Below are positions 1 through 14,099 of a DNA stretch of 64,000 nt, one piece after another. Source of the stretch: Malacoraja senta. Lineage: Eukaryota. Position 1 is the stretch's first letter; each line of letters opens with the position of its first letter. The stretch lies in contig CM075987.1 of NCBI GenBank assembly GCA_038087875.1, forward strand, positions 5,828,001-5,892,000. The letters run 5' to 3'. The notes beneath the pieces were generated by a model. That model saw nothing but the letters and a program-made list of their open reading frames with translations. It was not told the origin of the DNA and ran no database searches. Position numbers and translations under genes: made by a program.

Positions 1-279
1 ATTTTTTTCCAAGGAGATATTTAGAACGCAAGTTCACCTGTCTGCTCAACACTGACCTATTATGACCATAGTTTCCAGGTTTAATTTGTGGCCAGGGCAA
101 CATTAACCATTTTAAATTTACCATTAACCTCAGCATCTAGATTAACCAGAGCTCGTGAACAATATCAGAAATCATTCGGTTTTTGAAAGAATTTGGTCAA
201 ACACTCTGTCATAGAACACAGTTGCCTTGGACTTAGCCTTATCATCCACTATTATTGCATACAGACATGCTGACGTAGT

Positions 280-685
280 CCAACAAAAGCCCCTCACCTG
301 TATCCACCTATCACCTCTCAGATAGACACAAAATGCTGGAGTAACTCAGCAGATCAGGCAGCATCTCTGGATAGAAGGAATGGGTGATGTTTCGGAGAAG
401 GGTCTCGAGCTAAAACGTCACCCATTTCTTCTATAAGGAGATGCTGCCTGTCCCGCTGAATTACTCCAGCTATTTTTTTCCATCTTCGGTGTAAACTAGC
501 ATCTGCAGTTCCATCCTGCACATATCACCAGTCAGGCTTTGTCCCATCCCCACCTCTCTTTTCCAGCTTTCTTCCCCCGACTATAATAAGGCTGAAGAAG
601 GGTCCCGATCTAAAACGTTGCCAGTCCATTCCCTGCACCGATGCTGCCTGAGCAGCCAAGTTCCTCCAGCACTCTGCGTTATGCT
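280..685 (+). mobile_element. Penelope-like 3' terminus with a second fold-back terminus unit (about 321-522) nested inside
   Basis: Outer copy has ctgaagaagggtcccgatctaaaacgttg at 592. Inner unit is an inverted repeat (gctggagtaactcagc...gctgaattactccagc) flanked by an imperfect duplication tatcacctctcag/tatcaccagtcag. Confidence 0.7.
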
Positions 686-1241
686 AACATGGCCATTGCT
701 CTCTACAAACCTCTGATTTCCCAAGCCTCATTGGAAAATAATGCAAACAAAGGCATGGCTTTTTTTCTATGAAGCAGTGAAACCTATTTGTAGAGATAAG
801 AATAGCCTTTTTTTTTCCTGCAGCCAGGAATCAAAGTTTCTCACTCCTTCTCTTTGCTTGTTTTACTTGCACTTCCAAATTTACAATAGTTGATACATAT
901 TTGCATACAGTTGTGTACACAAGAGGTGCTGGGGCAAAATCTGCAGAAACAATGGTTTGATTTCTTTGTTCAGAAGTTGGCAGCAAAAAAACTGCAGCTG
1001 GAGACAATTGTTCCAGGAAAGCGCTGTTCCAGTTTGTTCAAATTCAAAATCAGTTGGTGATAATTAAACTGTACAGCGCTTTATGGATTTCAGCTGCATT
1101 CAGAGCGGGTCCATTTCTCACTATATAATATAATGAAGATATTATCAAAGCAAAGCCGCAGAGAATGTGCACAACAAACCCTTTCTGTCACATTATCACA
1201 TACTTCAGTGCAACGCTTAAAACTAATTTTATTAATGTTCA

Positions 1242-1520
<279 letters not shown>

Positions 1521-1860
1521 TCATGCAAAAAACGGTAACTTAAGGACACCAACTAGCATCCAACTAAATTATTTTGAAATCAGCAGTGAAGCAAGTGCTC
1601 ATCGATCTATTACACATCAGCCTCAAAGGACATCAACTGTGGAATCACGGAATCATAGGAGTAGTGACATGTGTCGGGCCAAGATGTGTGGCTGTGCTTA
1701 TTTTACACTCAAGAGGTGTGGAATAAATCTTATATGACAACAGCATTGAACCCAACAAAGATTTAGAAATGCAAACACCACAATTATATAGATTCAAGCA
1801 ACAGCAGTGTGGCTACACTAACCAACTAAATGAAAGTCTGCTGAGGAAGAAAATAACCTA

Positions 1861-2092
1861 AGATAGACATAAAATGCTCGAGTAACTCAGCAGGACAGGC
1901 TGCATCTCTGGAAAGAAGGAATGGGTGACGCTTTGGGTCAGGACCCTTCTTCAGACTGAGTTACTCCAACATGTATCGACCAGAAGTATCACGCATTCCT
2001 GCTCTCCAGAGAAGCTGCCTGTCCCGCTGAGTTACTCCAGCATTTTGTGTCTATCTTTGGTTTAAACCAGCATCTGCAGTTCCTTCCTACAC
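1861..2092. mobile_element. Penelope-terminus fold-back unit with 14-bp TSD
   Basis: aagaaaataaccta at 1847-1860 and 2093-2106; internal inverted repeat arms. Confidence 0.85.
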
Positions 2093-2599
2093 AAGAAAAT
2101 AACCTACTCAGGGGCAAGCAAGTTGAAACCATGGCATTAAAATACAGGCTGTAATGAAGTACTTGGGATCTGTGGTCATTAGCGCTGAATGCATTTGAGA
2201 AGTGGGTGCCTGTTCTACTTACAGTTGGTTACTCAATTGCAATATCTCCACTGGTGGTCAATATTCTCGCATGCTTTGGCACTAACACCAAGGATGAATT
2301 TCTCTCTCATTGTGATATATTTACAGCTACAATCTTCTGTGGTAGTAGTATTATTTTTTTAAGGCAACTAATAGACTTTAATTCCTGTACAGATGTTGTT
2401 TTAGTCTGGATACATAGCAACACATTGATAACATGTTCTTTATTCCTTCATCAGTGAAGTTTAACAAACAGCTTAACGTTCCTTAGCGTTAATATTACCA
2501 ACGATCTGTGGTGTTTTAACCGCATTGATGTAACAGCCAAGGAGGCACATCGTGCCTCTAGAACGAGAGTAAGGAAAATCAACATGTTTCCAATGACTC

Positions 2600-3055
2600 T
2601 TAGTAAACTTGTGCAAATTCACCACAAAAAGCATACTGTCAGGTTGGATTACAGCTTGGTTTGCAAAAGCTCTGCCCAAGACCGCAAGAAATTGCAGAGT
2701 TGTGGATACAGCCCAGTCCATCACACGGACCAGATTTCTCTCCATTAACTCCATCTACACTTCACATAGCCTCGGAAAAGCAGCCAAGATAATCAAAGAC
2801 TTGTCCCACCCCGGTCATTCCTTCTTCTCCCTGCTCCCGTCCGGAAGACTATCTGATTCAACTCATCTCCATTGCGGATGTTGGACACTGTCCATAGAAC
2901 AGATGCGCTACAACGCAAAGAACTAAATCCTGCACTCTGTATCTTCCCCTTTGCACTCGAGTTGACTTGATTGTAATTTTATGTACAGTATTATCTGATG
3001 TTTTATAGCATGCAAAACAAAGCCTTTCACGTGACAGTAATAAACCTAAACCTAA
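2600..3055 (+). mobile_element. Decayed Rex1/Babar-type LINE 3' fragment
   Basis: Peptide KSILSGWITAWF...RVVDTAQSIT...KAAKIIKDLSHPGHSFFSLLPSGR, then a tail ending gtgacagtaataaacctaaacctaa. Confidence 0.8.
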
Positions 3056-3295
3056 GGTGGTACTAGGATAGGCAAACAAATTTAATCTGGTATTATCACC
3101 TCAAAACTGAAGAGCAAAACATGAAATACAACCAAAGTTATATTGTGATAATGACCACTGCAAAATGGCACCAGGTACAAAAACAGTTTAAAACGCAGCC
3201 TTCACATGGATACTAAACAATGCAAATACCAACATTTAAAGAAATGTCATAAGCCAATGACACAAAGCTCTTAAATTTGAAAGATTCTGATATGT

Positions 3296-3835
3296 ATTTA
3301 AGATTATGAGAAGCATGGACAAGATATATAGGGGCGATTGCATGATAGGGGTAACAAAACAAAAGGCCTAGGTTTAAGATGAGAGGAAGGAGTTTTAAAG
3401 AGGTTCTGAGGGGCAAGTTCTTTCTACACAGAGTGCTTAATATGATGCCAAAATACGGCGACTGTATTTGTGGGTTGTGCAATAGAATTTCACTGCACTC
3501 TGTATCTTCCCCTTTGCCCTATCTATTGTACTCGAGTTAACTTGATTGTATTTTTCTGTACAGTATTATCTGATGTTATATAGCATGCAAAACAAAGCAT
3601 GCGTGACAATTAAAAAAACATTGAACATTAATATCTGGGACACTGCCAGAGGAGATGGTGGAATTTGGCACAATTACTATGTTTAAAAGGCATTTAGACG
3701 TCATGTAAATAGCCACGGCATTGAAGGAAACGGTTAAAGCAGGCAAATGGGATCAATGTAAATCAGCAAAGAGGTTGGCAGGGACATGGTGGTCCGAATG
3801 GCCTTTTTCTATGCGATATGACACAAATGACACAA
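3296..3835 (+). mobile_element. Decayed CR1/HER1 LINE 3' end, interrupted by a Rex-type tail (about 3485-3615)
   Basis: ggcctaggtttaagatgagaggaaggagttttaaagaggttctgaggggcaagttctttctacacagag resembles the CR1 C-terminal RGH..K.RG..F.....RGKFFTQR motif. Confidence 0.7.
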
Positions 3836-3855
3836 ATGACTCATTTAATTAAATA

Positions 3856-4014
3856 GGTGAGGCAGCATTTATGGAGAAGGAATAGGCGGCGTTTCGGGTC
3901 TCGACCCAAAACGTCGCCTATTCTTTCTCTCCATAGATGCTGCCTCACCCGCTGATTTTCTCCAGCATTTTTGTCTACCTTCGATTTTTCCAGCATCTGC
4001 AATTCTTTCTTAAC
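3856..4014. mobile_element. Penelope-terminus fold-back unit with 14-bp TSD
   Basis: catttaattaaata at 3842-3855 and 4015-4028; hairpin centred on gggtctcgaccc. Confidence 0.85.
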
Positions 4015-5383
4015 CATTTAATTAAATATGTGTGCACTTATTTAAATGCACGTGACATCAAATCTCTCTTTATCCTGCTGTGCAAAATATAATGTAGCCA
4101 TTGTTAATCTACTGTTGAAGATCAAATTGCACACCTATTGTAATATGCCTGTACACTGGCCAAAATAGAAATCCAGAAACATTGTTTAACAGTGCACTTG
4201 CTTTTCTAATGATACTGGGTTTTGCTCATCTCTCAGCATATCCTAATTAACAGTCTTTCAATATGCAGCACACCTGCCCTTTTGGATAATGGGAATGTGC
4301 ATCTGCACAGAACACTGCATTCAAAGGCCAATAAATAAATTACAGGTCAAAAATATTACAAAGCATCCTCCAAAGAAACTCACTTCCTTCTCCATTCGAA
4401 ACACATGTGAAAGACACCTAAATCCCATCAAACTGCATGATTACAAAGGCATTCACTCTGAATAATCTGATTGCAATTCAAGAGATTTTCAATAGCTCAT
4501 TAACAACGCATTAATACATGGAAAGCTTTTAATTTATATTATAAAAAGATTAGAACTGACCAAAGATATATTGTTCCGTGGAACCCGAAACAAACATTTT
4601 TTTTGCATAGACAATTTAGATTCAATCTCAGACTTAATGGTATATTACAGCAGGGAAACTAATAAACATGTGAAATTGGATTTTCTTGCCTTCAAAATAC
4701 TTTTTTGTGGGTAATTCCAGAGATCAAATTTACACAACAAAACTCCTGTTTTTTTTGGCTATGTTTCAGTTTGGCTAAGCAAGTCCTAGAAATGGAATCT
4801 GAGCTTCACTGCCAGATGTGCTGAAGGGCCACGCAGTAAATATTTACCCACATTCTTTATTCAGATATTTATTTGAGCTGCCGCACATCTCCAAAAATTC
4901 AAGTTCATATCTCTTATCATCAATTATGGCAAAAAGCTTTTTAGCTTTAAAGTTTCATTCCTTAATTCCCTCCCCTCACCTCCCCATCCTTTCCTCTGGC
5001 ATTCATCCAAATTTACAGTCATCTGCATATGAGCAATCCTGCAGCATTTCATTTCAGCAGATTCTTAAGAATGCAAGTCACAAAAAGGACCAGGTTCTTG
5101 GGTGATTTTTTTCATGTATAGGACAATGTTCGATCTTATTTGGAATTAATCGCAGGGTAACTTTCCCCTCTCCACCCCCTTCCATCCTTTGCAGCAATTA
5201 TTTCTTGGGAAACCTTCCAGTCTATTTTAAACTGCACTTTTGATCTAAAAATCTGTGCTCAGCTACATACTGCAAATTCTTTGCTACATTTTAAATATTT
5301 TTTAATGCACAGATGGATGGATGCTGAGATTACAAATCTACAGATGAAATCATATTCCAAAGTAAAAGGTTCCTTCTACCCTA

Positions 5384-5580
5384 AAATAAAGACATGAGGT
5401 GCTGGAGTAACTCAGTAGGTCAGGCAGCTTCCCTGGAGAACAAGGATAAGTGATGTTTCTGGTCGGGGCCCTTATTCAGGCTGATCTATGTTCTCCAGGG
5501 ATGCTGCTTGACCTGCTGAGTTATTCCAGCACTTTGTGTCTGTTTTTGTAAATCAGCATCTGCAGTTCCTTATTTTTACA
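5384..5580. mobile_element. Penelope-terminus fold-back unit with 14-bp TSD
   Basis: ttccttctacccta at 5370-5383 and 5581-5594; inverted arms gctggagtaactcagtaggtcaggcagc / gctgcttgacctgctgagttattccagc. Confidence 0.85.
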
Positions 5581-8144
5581 TTCCTTCTACCCTACCTTCT
5601 GTCTAAAGTCAGTATTATGCATTGGTCATAAATATTAGGTAATCAAATATTACCCAATCGTAATGTATGAGAATATCATTAAAGTCCCTTACCCATTTGA
5701 CCAATGTTTATCGGAAATTAATTATCATGTTTTTTAAATACTTTATTTCCTTGTAAATACTTTATTTCCTTGTAAATACTTATTAGAATAAAAAGTTTTT
5801 TTTTCCAGCGTCCAATTATCTTCTTCTGAATAAGAGTGTGTTTTAGGAACAATACATTCTATGCAAATCTGATCTGAATAGCTTTGAAAAGCCCAGGTGC
5901 TGCCTTCCTGTCCAAACCATTGATGGAACAGATGTGCATTGACAGCACTGTTAGCTGAACATACACTGTGTGAGTCTGAGAGCTAATGTCACTTTCACTC
6001 TTGCATAAAGCATTGGTGTGGTATGTGCACGCTTCTCATGTCAGGTTTATTAAGTATAACACATTCTGAAGCACTATGCATTCCACTTTCCGGGCTAACC
6101 CAGTTGTCACTTTCACTTGTCTTGTTCTGTATGGAGGAAAAATGCAACACTGGGAATTTACAAGACTTTTCTGTTAAATGGCCATAAATCACAGGTTTCA
6201 TTCAAACCGAATAATCACTGGCCATAAAGAGCTACTTGTCTCTTACCATATATTACAGTCAAGTTCCTGTGAGCAATAATGCATCCATTCATAGAAAAGA
6301 AAAACAGAGCTAGACATTAAGAATTGACATCTAATTCTGTTACAGGGGACAATGTGTAGAGTGTGGATGACATTTCTATCATACATGTCTATTTCCATTT
6401 GGAAAATAAACAGAATAAAAATGATTACCCAACTGCCCAAACTCCAGCTTCCAAGAGACGTCCTCTGAGGTCTCCAGATGCCAGTTTTATAATGTTTCAT
6501 TAAATGTGTAGGCTCGAAAGCAGAGACGAGTTCTGGCCTTGTGGAATAAACAAAGAAAATAAACCTGAAATAACTATGGATTAACCTCTTATGAATTCTA
6601 AAATAAATTACATGCAATTTGATGAATATGAAATGTATGTTGCGGGTGGGAGGGGCCGCTGTGTTTTTTTCATCCTGTGTATTTCATTTATCTCCTTTAT
6701 GTTCCATGGCAGCAAAAATGCTCGTTTTAAATCAGCCGTAACTGGCTGCTGTGTGCAAAAATCGGAATTAAATCGTTCATTATTCTAAAACATTGTGCTG
6801 TCCAAATTACTGGAGGATGAGGGCTTGCAATATGGACATGGGATGTTTCTACAAAAACAATGAAAGGAAAAAACACTCTGAAAAATATCATTTGTAAGGG
6901 TTTTTTGTAACAATTTGTTTCCATCATGTATACATATGTTTCCTTTTGGCACAACTCCTTCCACAGTCAACAGACATAAAGTACAGTCTTTATGACTGAA
7001 CTTCCTTTTAATATGAGTTTTACAGAACACTCTAATTAATTTCTACTTCAGAGCCTCGTGATCCAGGTTCTGCCAATCCAGTAAGTTGCCAACAAATATT
7101 TCAGTATATACAACGCAACAGTAAAAGTCATGTAAGAAACTTACGAGAAACATAATAAATCCGCCAGTTACCTCATTCTTTTCACAAAACCATCTTAAAT
7201 AGAATAGTACAGACTCTCCTGGTAGCTATAACGTTGCACCAGGGGATAACAGAATAACAGGATCAGGTCATTGTGTTCCCACACTCTGGTCCAAAACCTT
7301 CAGATGCAAGATTATTGGATTCTAATCTGAAGCCTGTTTACTTTTACTCAGAGTTGTAAAACACCAAATGCTCTAAAATAAAAAAAGGTGATGAATAAAT
7401 ATTTTATTACACAGTAATAATCATCAACATTTGTAGCACATGAAGCTGCCTCCAACTGTTTAAGAAAGACCTAGAGAGCATTCACTTTTGTCCGCTGCAT
7501 TTGCTCATTTCATTTCCAACAATTCAAGGCCATGGAAACTATTGGCCAGAAATTTAATTGCATAATAATATCTGCTTTTGACAATCTGCGAATGAAAAAT
7601 CAATTTTCTTGTTGGAGTAATATTCAGTAATGACTACTGCTGGGTCACTCATGTCAAGGAAGAAATTTGGCCAAGCATGAAACACCTTAGTACCCTGACG
7701 GCTTCTACAAAGAGGTGCAGGAGGTGCCATCGTTATAATTACACCTGATCACATACATCCTACGCACTCCCAAGGCCAAGATCCAGACTCTTATCTACTT
7801 CCTGATCAACCAAGATCCTCAACGGAGGCCTCAATCCACCTACGCCACCATCGATCTCTGCCCAATCCTTGGCATCAACTCCTTCCCTTCAGTCCCCGAA
7901 TGATTTCGAATCAAAGGTCATCACGCTGGAATATTACACCTATTTCTCCCTCCATATATGCTGCCCGATCTGAAGAATATTTCAAAAATTTCTGTAGTAT
8001 TTCACTCTTTCAACTTTACAATGCACTGACTGATGTTGCAAAAGCAAACACACACTTACTTTGTACAAACCAAGTTTCTACTAATAGCAATGATATAAAT
8101 GATCAATTGATCTGAATTGGTGTGGCTGTGTCAGTGGAAACAGT

Positions 8145-8447
8145 GTCACAGTGGCGCAGCCAGCGGTAGAGTTGCTGCCTTACAGCGCCAGAGACCCAGA
8201 TTCGATCCTGACTATGGGTGCTGTCTGCACGGAGTTTTACATTTTCCCCGTGACCTGCGTGGGTTTTCTCCGGGATCTCCAGTGACCTCCCACACTCCTA
8301 AGACGTACAGGTTTATAGGCTAATTGGCTTGGTATAATTGTAAATTGACCCTAGGGTGTAGGATAGTGTTAGTGTATGGGGATCGCTGGTCGGTGCGGAC
8401 TCGGCGGGGCAAAGGGCCCATTTCCGCGCTGTATCTCTAAACTAAAA
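8145..8447 (+). mobile_element. tRNA-derived HE1/V-SINE-like SINE, near full length
   Basis: A-box tggcgcagc..gg, B-box gattcgatcc, central tgcgtgggttttctccggg..ctcc..cccacactcc domain, CR1-like tail ending tgtatctctaaactaaa. Confidence 0.85.
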
Positions 8448-11400
8448 TAAACGAATGCTCTTCTTAAAAATGAACCTTTCAGGTTTTTGATCGCAAATCA
8501 TGGGAATTTTGAAACATTATTTAATATTTTGTTACAAAGGTAACTGAGAACTTCTTTGGCACTGGAGAGATGCGTGAACTTGATATGCTTCCAGTTCCCC
8601 TGCTGCCACCAAATTCTGTTGTGAATGAAGTTCTCGTTGTTTGTGGAATGAGAGGGAAATGGACACATAGGGGAAAGACTCCTGGTGGATTTGTTATCCA
8701 GTGAAAAAGGCTTGGGCTCACCAAAGGGGCAGAAAGAGTTCAACATTAATTTGAAGAATGTGGGGGGGGGGGGGGGGGGGCAACATGTGGAAATGGTTGA
8801 ATCAAGGGAGTTTGAGTGGCCCGAAAAGAATCACCTAGAGCAACATAATTTTAAGTGGGATTTACTTGCAGCTGCCTCCTGTTGCAGACTCTGGCCTGGA
8901 ATCTGCTCTGGAAGTCCCCTGTAACTAATAATAAAATGAACCTCGCAAACACGGTTTCTTCATGAGCAGCCTGTGACATTTCCAAGCATGATAGAAATGC
9001 ATAGAATTGAGACACATGTTCTGCCTGGTTGTACGCTATAGGTTTGGGTTCCTCAGATGCATGGAGGGCCTGCAAGAAAAATGCAGCGTCCTTGATTTTC
9101 CTTAAAGTATTTTCATAAAACTCTAGCACCTCAACCCCAAGAGATCGTATTCCTCAATAGAATTGAGACCAATACAATTGTTAATGAAGAACTGCAACAA
9201 ACTGCTTAACTTTTAATCTTCACACGCAGATCAGTGATTTTTCATTGTGCTTGGACCTCAATATACTTGTGCATATGATAATAAATTCAACTTGACGACG
9301 TGAGAATATTAGGAAGTGAACTCACAATAATTTGCAGTTGCAAATAGGACTTAAGTTATTGATTAATTCATTTTACGCAAGCCCCTTCCCTTCTTCTCCC
9401 GCCCCTCACCACTGACAACTTTCAAGAGGTCAAGCAATAACGAACCGGATGAACTACACAGCCACAATACTTAAAATCAAAGAATACTTAAAATCAAATA
9501 CCTTCCTCAAACTTATTTTTTTACTCACAAGCTACCGGTTACTTGAAGTAACCGGTAACGTCAGTAACTATATAAAATAAAATAGAATAAAATGCCATTA
9601 TTTTCAGTATGCAAGAATTTTTTTTCTTTGACAACTTACAAATTAAATAATCCCGGAACAAGAGTATACTCTCTCCACCAAAAAAACTCACTGTCTACAA
9701 AGGACCCTGTCAGAATAGGTAGCTTCTTCCATGAGTCTTGAATTTGAGAATGTCAAATACAAGAGGCTGACAGTTGTGAAAGCGAGCAGAGGGATAAGAT
9801 AACTGAAACAAACATCTTGTACATCAGGCACACCAAAATTAATCACAGCCCAACTGAAATGCTGACATTTCTGGAAAGTGTCATTCGTAATGACAGCCCA
9901 CTGGGAAATGTGATAATTGGTAAACAAGGTCTCTCACCTATTTATGTGACCTTTTGTCCAAATGGGCACACAGCCAGTGAACAGTGGTCTACAGGCCACT
10001 GGCAGGCTTCAGTGATCATAAATAGTGGCATGGGAGAGTACCATTACAAGCCAATGCAATCTCATTATGGTTTATTAGGATTTTCTTAAGGTGATTCTTT
10101 ATTCAGACCTCAGGCAAAGATGCAAATGTGTTACTGAAAGCCCCTTAAAAAATACCCACAGGCTAGTCCTTGGTATAGTGTGTGGGCCAGGTCTTTTCTC
10201 GTGTCCTAATTAGACATGTAGGGATTCAGATGACTAATGCAAAAACAGGTCAAGCAGCAACAAATGGCTGCACATGTACTGGCCACGACCAGAGTTAATC
10301 GTATACTACGTGTGCACCAGTAGATGTACTTCAGTTTGATTTTTTGGTACAATTAATCTTTGGCAGCTGGTTTAAGCACTGTGTTTTCCGTTCCGTTTGG
10401 TTCAAGCATTGGAACTTATAAGCTCCTCAAGCTGAAAAAGGGAATCAAGACAATAACATCAGGCTATATTTTAATTAGCAGAGTTCCTCATTGTTCATTA
10501 GAGCTCACCCCTCCCAACACAACAGCCCTTCGTAGATAGTTATTTGACATGGTTCCTCAAGAACTCATGATATCGTTTTCAAATTTACATTCAGCTTTTT
10601 GAACACAAGTATCTATTGGGGATTAATACCTGCTCTTTTACCATTCAGGTTACATTATTTTAATAGATTATCTACAGCACTAATGCACATTAAACTTTAC
10701 GCTCCTTTGAAGTCGAGACTACAGGGAATATTTTTCTGTCTAATGTAATCTAAATAATAGATTTGGTTTTATAAAATTAAATAGCCCTGGGTTATAATAT
10801 TCCACGACCACATTCTGATGTAAAATACTCTGCCAGCATTTAAATAAAACATAGTAAACAAAGAAAAAGTATTATGGAACACAACTTCCTAAAACAGCTT
10901 CATTCCTCCGAGTCCAAAAATAGTATGATGCTCATTAATTTATGAAATTACTGGAAAAAAAATTACATTTAGAGTCAATTCCGTGATCATTGGAACATTG
11001 GAAAATTGTTTAAAATAATTACAGCATCCATCAAACTGTACCTGAACTGAGCAGGAAGTAAAATAGGGGGAATTTTTATTTTGATTATTTTCAGGGCAAG
11101 TCAACACATGTTGGAACCTGCTATGCTGTTTGACATCAGGTGAACTAACAGCTGAAGAGGTACTGCACATAGTAACAATTCCTTGAACAAGGAATTGTTC
11201 AGCATGAAGCATTATATATCATTTCCCCTAACAAGGTTTAAAGTTATGGTGCTTTTGGAGTAAAACATTAACTCAATTGCAAAGTTGTAAAGTTTAATTG
11301 CAAAATTAATCACTTGTTGTTGAACTTCCAAACTTTTCACCAGAATTTATTTAACGTTACAGTAGATCGGATCACTAGTATTATAAAATCAAAGATTAAA

Positions 11401-11991
11401 CCAACGTCCATGATATTGCTCACCAGAATACAGTTTTAAACATTGTGATTAATGCTATTGACAAAACCTTACATCATCTAAATTATTTCATACTCCCACA
11501 TGAAGCTCCAACTAAATTGCAAAGAAGACATTTAACATATCTGAGAGCACAATAGGCACTTATGTCACCAAAAAAAAATGTCCAGAACAGGAGCTTTAAG
11601 TTAATCACATTGGTCAGGAGAAGTAACTTTTTGAGCCATGTTTGATTCCATCCAAGAATTATGGATGTCAAAGCAATAAGGTGGAATTGGCAAGCATGTA
11701 CTGAAAAGCAGAGAGAGCATTTGAGCTCATCTGTGGTGCACTGCAAATATTGCAGCTTTTGATCTAATACTCATTCCTTTGAGCCGTGCATTAAATCAGC
11801 ACTTTGGGAACTTTCTCTGAAAATGTGCACCATTTGCTGACGATGGCCTTTTGGTAACGGGAATGTGCTAGAATTAGTGCGCATGGTTCCTGTAACTTGT
11901 CTGTCTGTATAACCAAGAATTGGTGGGATCAGGGGTGGAAAATAATATATTAACTCAGTCAAGATGATTATGGGCAGAGATAAGAGAGCAA

Positions 11992-12115
11992 CAGGGTCCC
12001 GACCTGAATCGTCACCCATTCCTTCTCTCCAAAGATGCTGCCTGTCCCCGCTGAGTTACTCCAGCACTTTGTGTCTACCTTCGATTTAAACCAGCATTTG
12101 CAGTTCTCTCCTAAA
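11992..12115 (+). mobile_element. Penelope-terminus unit (single arm)
   Basis: agggtcccgacctgaatcgtcacccattccttctctccaaagatgctgcctgtccccgctgagttactccagc matches the family. Confidence 0.8.
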
Positions 12116-13477
12116 CATAAAATCATGATTGCTTTCAATGATACGACAACTTAGATTAGAGTTTACGAGGCTCAATACAAGGTTGTGAGAAGGTGGGTTC
12201 ATTTAGCGATACAAGGTGTTCTGAATGAAGAAGAAACTAAAGTGAAAAGTTGTCTTGAGCAGCTTATTTAATTTCATAGAATTTTAGAAAAATCAAGCAA
12301 GAACAGCAGGCGTAATGCTGCTCTAAGAGTCCCGGAGGTTAGGAACTGAAAGATATGTACCATCTATTCAACCCAACATAAAAACTTCTGTTTTTGCAGC
12401 CATAAACTATTGTGCAATTTTAATATATTACAATATTTTGTGCACGGCTAACCCAAACTTCAATCTGAACATCTGTGTAATATAATGTCTGGGCATGCAT
12501 CCATGTTTTCCCACACTAATTAACTATACATCAGCCAAAAATAAATGTCATATTCCTCACAGAGCACTGGCAACTGAGCGCAATTATGTGATTCTAGTCA
12601 TTTGCCTAAATCAGTACAATATTTTCCTGAAAATAAAATCTGTAAAGCATTCATCCTAATGCCCCAACAACATGTAAAGCACTTTTCTACAGCGGCATGT
12701 TTCAATTCAACGAGAGTTTGGGGGTAAGATAATTTGAAAAATTTTCAACAATAATGATAAAATCTCAACGTTTTATTCTCGCAGCGAATTACTATATTCA
12801 TATCTAAAATACATTAAGGGAGTGGTATTCTGTTTTCGTCCCCAAAGGAAAATCATGTGGTTTTCAGGGTACCGCTTGCATTATTTGGTGGGTGATGTAC
12901 TGGAAAACTTAAGGGAATGTCACGAGCACAGGCAAGCCTGCAATACCAGCTACATCCAAGGGTGGCAGTGTGATGGGCATTTGAAATACCCAGGTTGACA
13001 TCTTGCCCAGTATAGATTCATGGATAGCTTCCACAAAGAGGACATCAAATTACATGGCCTAACACTGAATTGCAAATACTTCTTTAATAAATAACTTCAC
13101 ATGGTCATTTTTTAAAAGGTTAAATATTTTTACATGTATCTCCCTTTCATGGCTGTTGTCCCATTCATTCATACATACCCTGGTTTGATCACCCAAGGTT
13201 TAATTAATAACCTTCTCCCCTGTATATCCTTTCTAAAAATTCCAATGGTACCAACACTTTATTCCATCTTCTGAGCGACCATTTCATTTAAATTAATGTG
13301 TGATTGGAGTAGAAATCTGTGGTTAATGATTAACCTTACGAATAGTCTTGTCAACATTATCATCCATTGTGTTAACCAATTCAAGGTGTTAACATATTGC
13401 AGGTCATTACTCGTTGAGCGCAGTGGAATAGCACTGGTCACTCTGATGGATATCTCATACTATTGCCCCACCCAGTC

Positions 13478-13800
13478 TGTGGAGGTATATAAAATCATGT
13501 GGGGCACTGGAAAGGTGAATGGTCAGAGTCTTTTCCTCTGTGTAGGGGATTCTAAAACTAGATTTAAGATTAGATTGGAAAGATTTAAAGGAGATCTGAG
13601 GAGCAATCTTTGCACAGACAGTGGTGGGTATATAGAAAGAGCTGCCAGAAGTCGTGGGAGAGGTGGGCACAATTACAACATTTAAAAGATATTTGGGAAG
13701 TAACATGGATAGAAGCAGCTTAGGAAATTATAGGGAAATGCAGGCACATGGGACTAACTCAATCAACATGGTTGGCATGCACAAATTGGACAAAAGGGTT
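13478..13800 (+). mobile_element. Decayed CR1/HER1 LINE 3' fragment
   Basis: Peptide VEVYKIMWGTGKVNGQSLF...RFKGDLRSN. Confidence 0.75.
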
Positions 13801-14099
13801 TCAAACCGTCCACACACCAAGTTTGATCCAATTTAATTCTCTAAAGAACAAGCCTATGAAGGAACCACTGTGGCTTCAAAAGAAAGCACATCAATTGCTG
13901 CAATCTGTAGGGATGAAAAAATTGCTATGATGCTGTTCATTTACAAAGCAATCAGTGATGAAGATGCATGTCCAAACTTATAATTATGTGAAACCGGGGG
14001 GGTCATGATGTGCTCATCCAGAAAAAGCTGTTAGAGAAAGCTTGGCGAGTGGCTACAATATACTTTAATGCAACCATAGTACACTGATAATAAAGGAAA

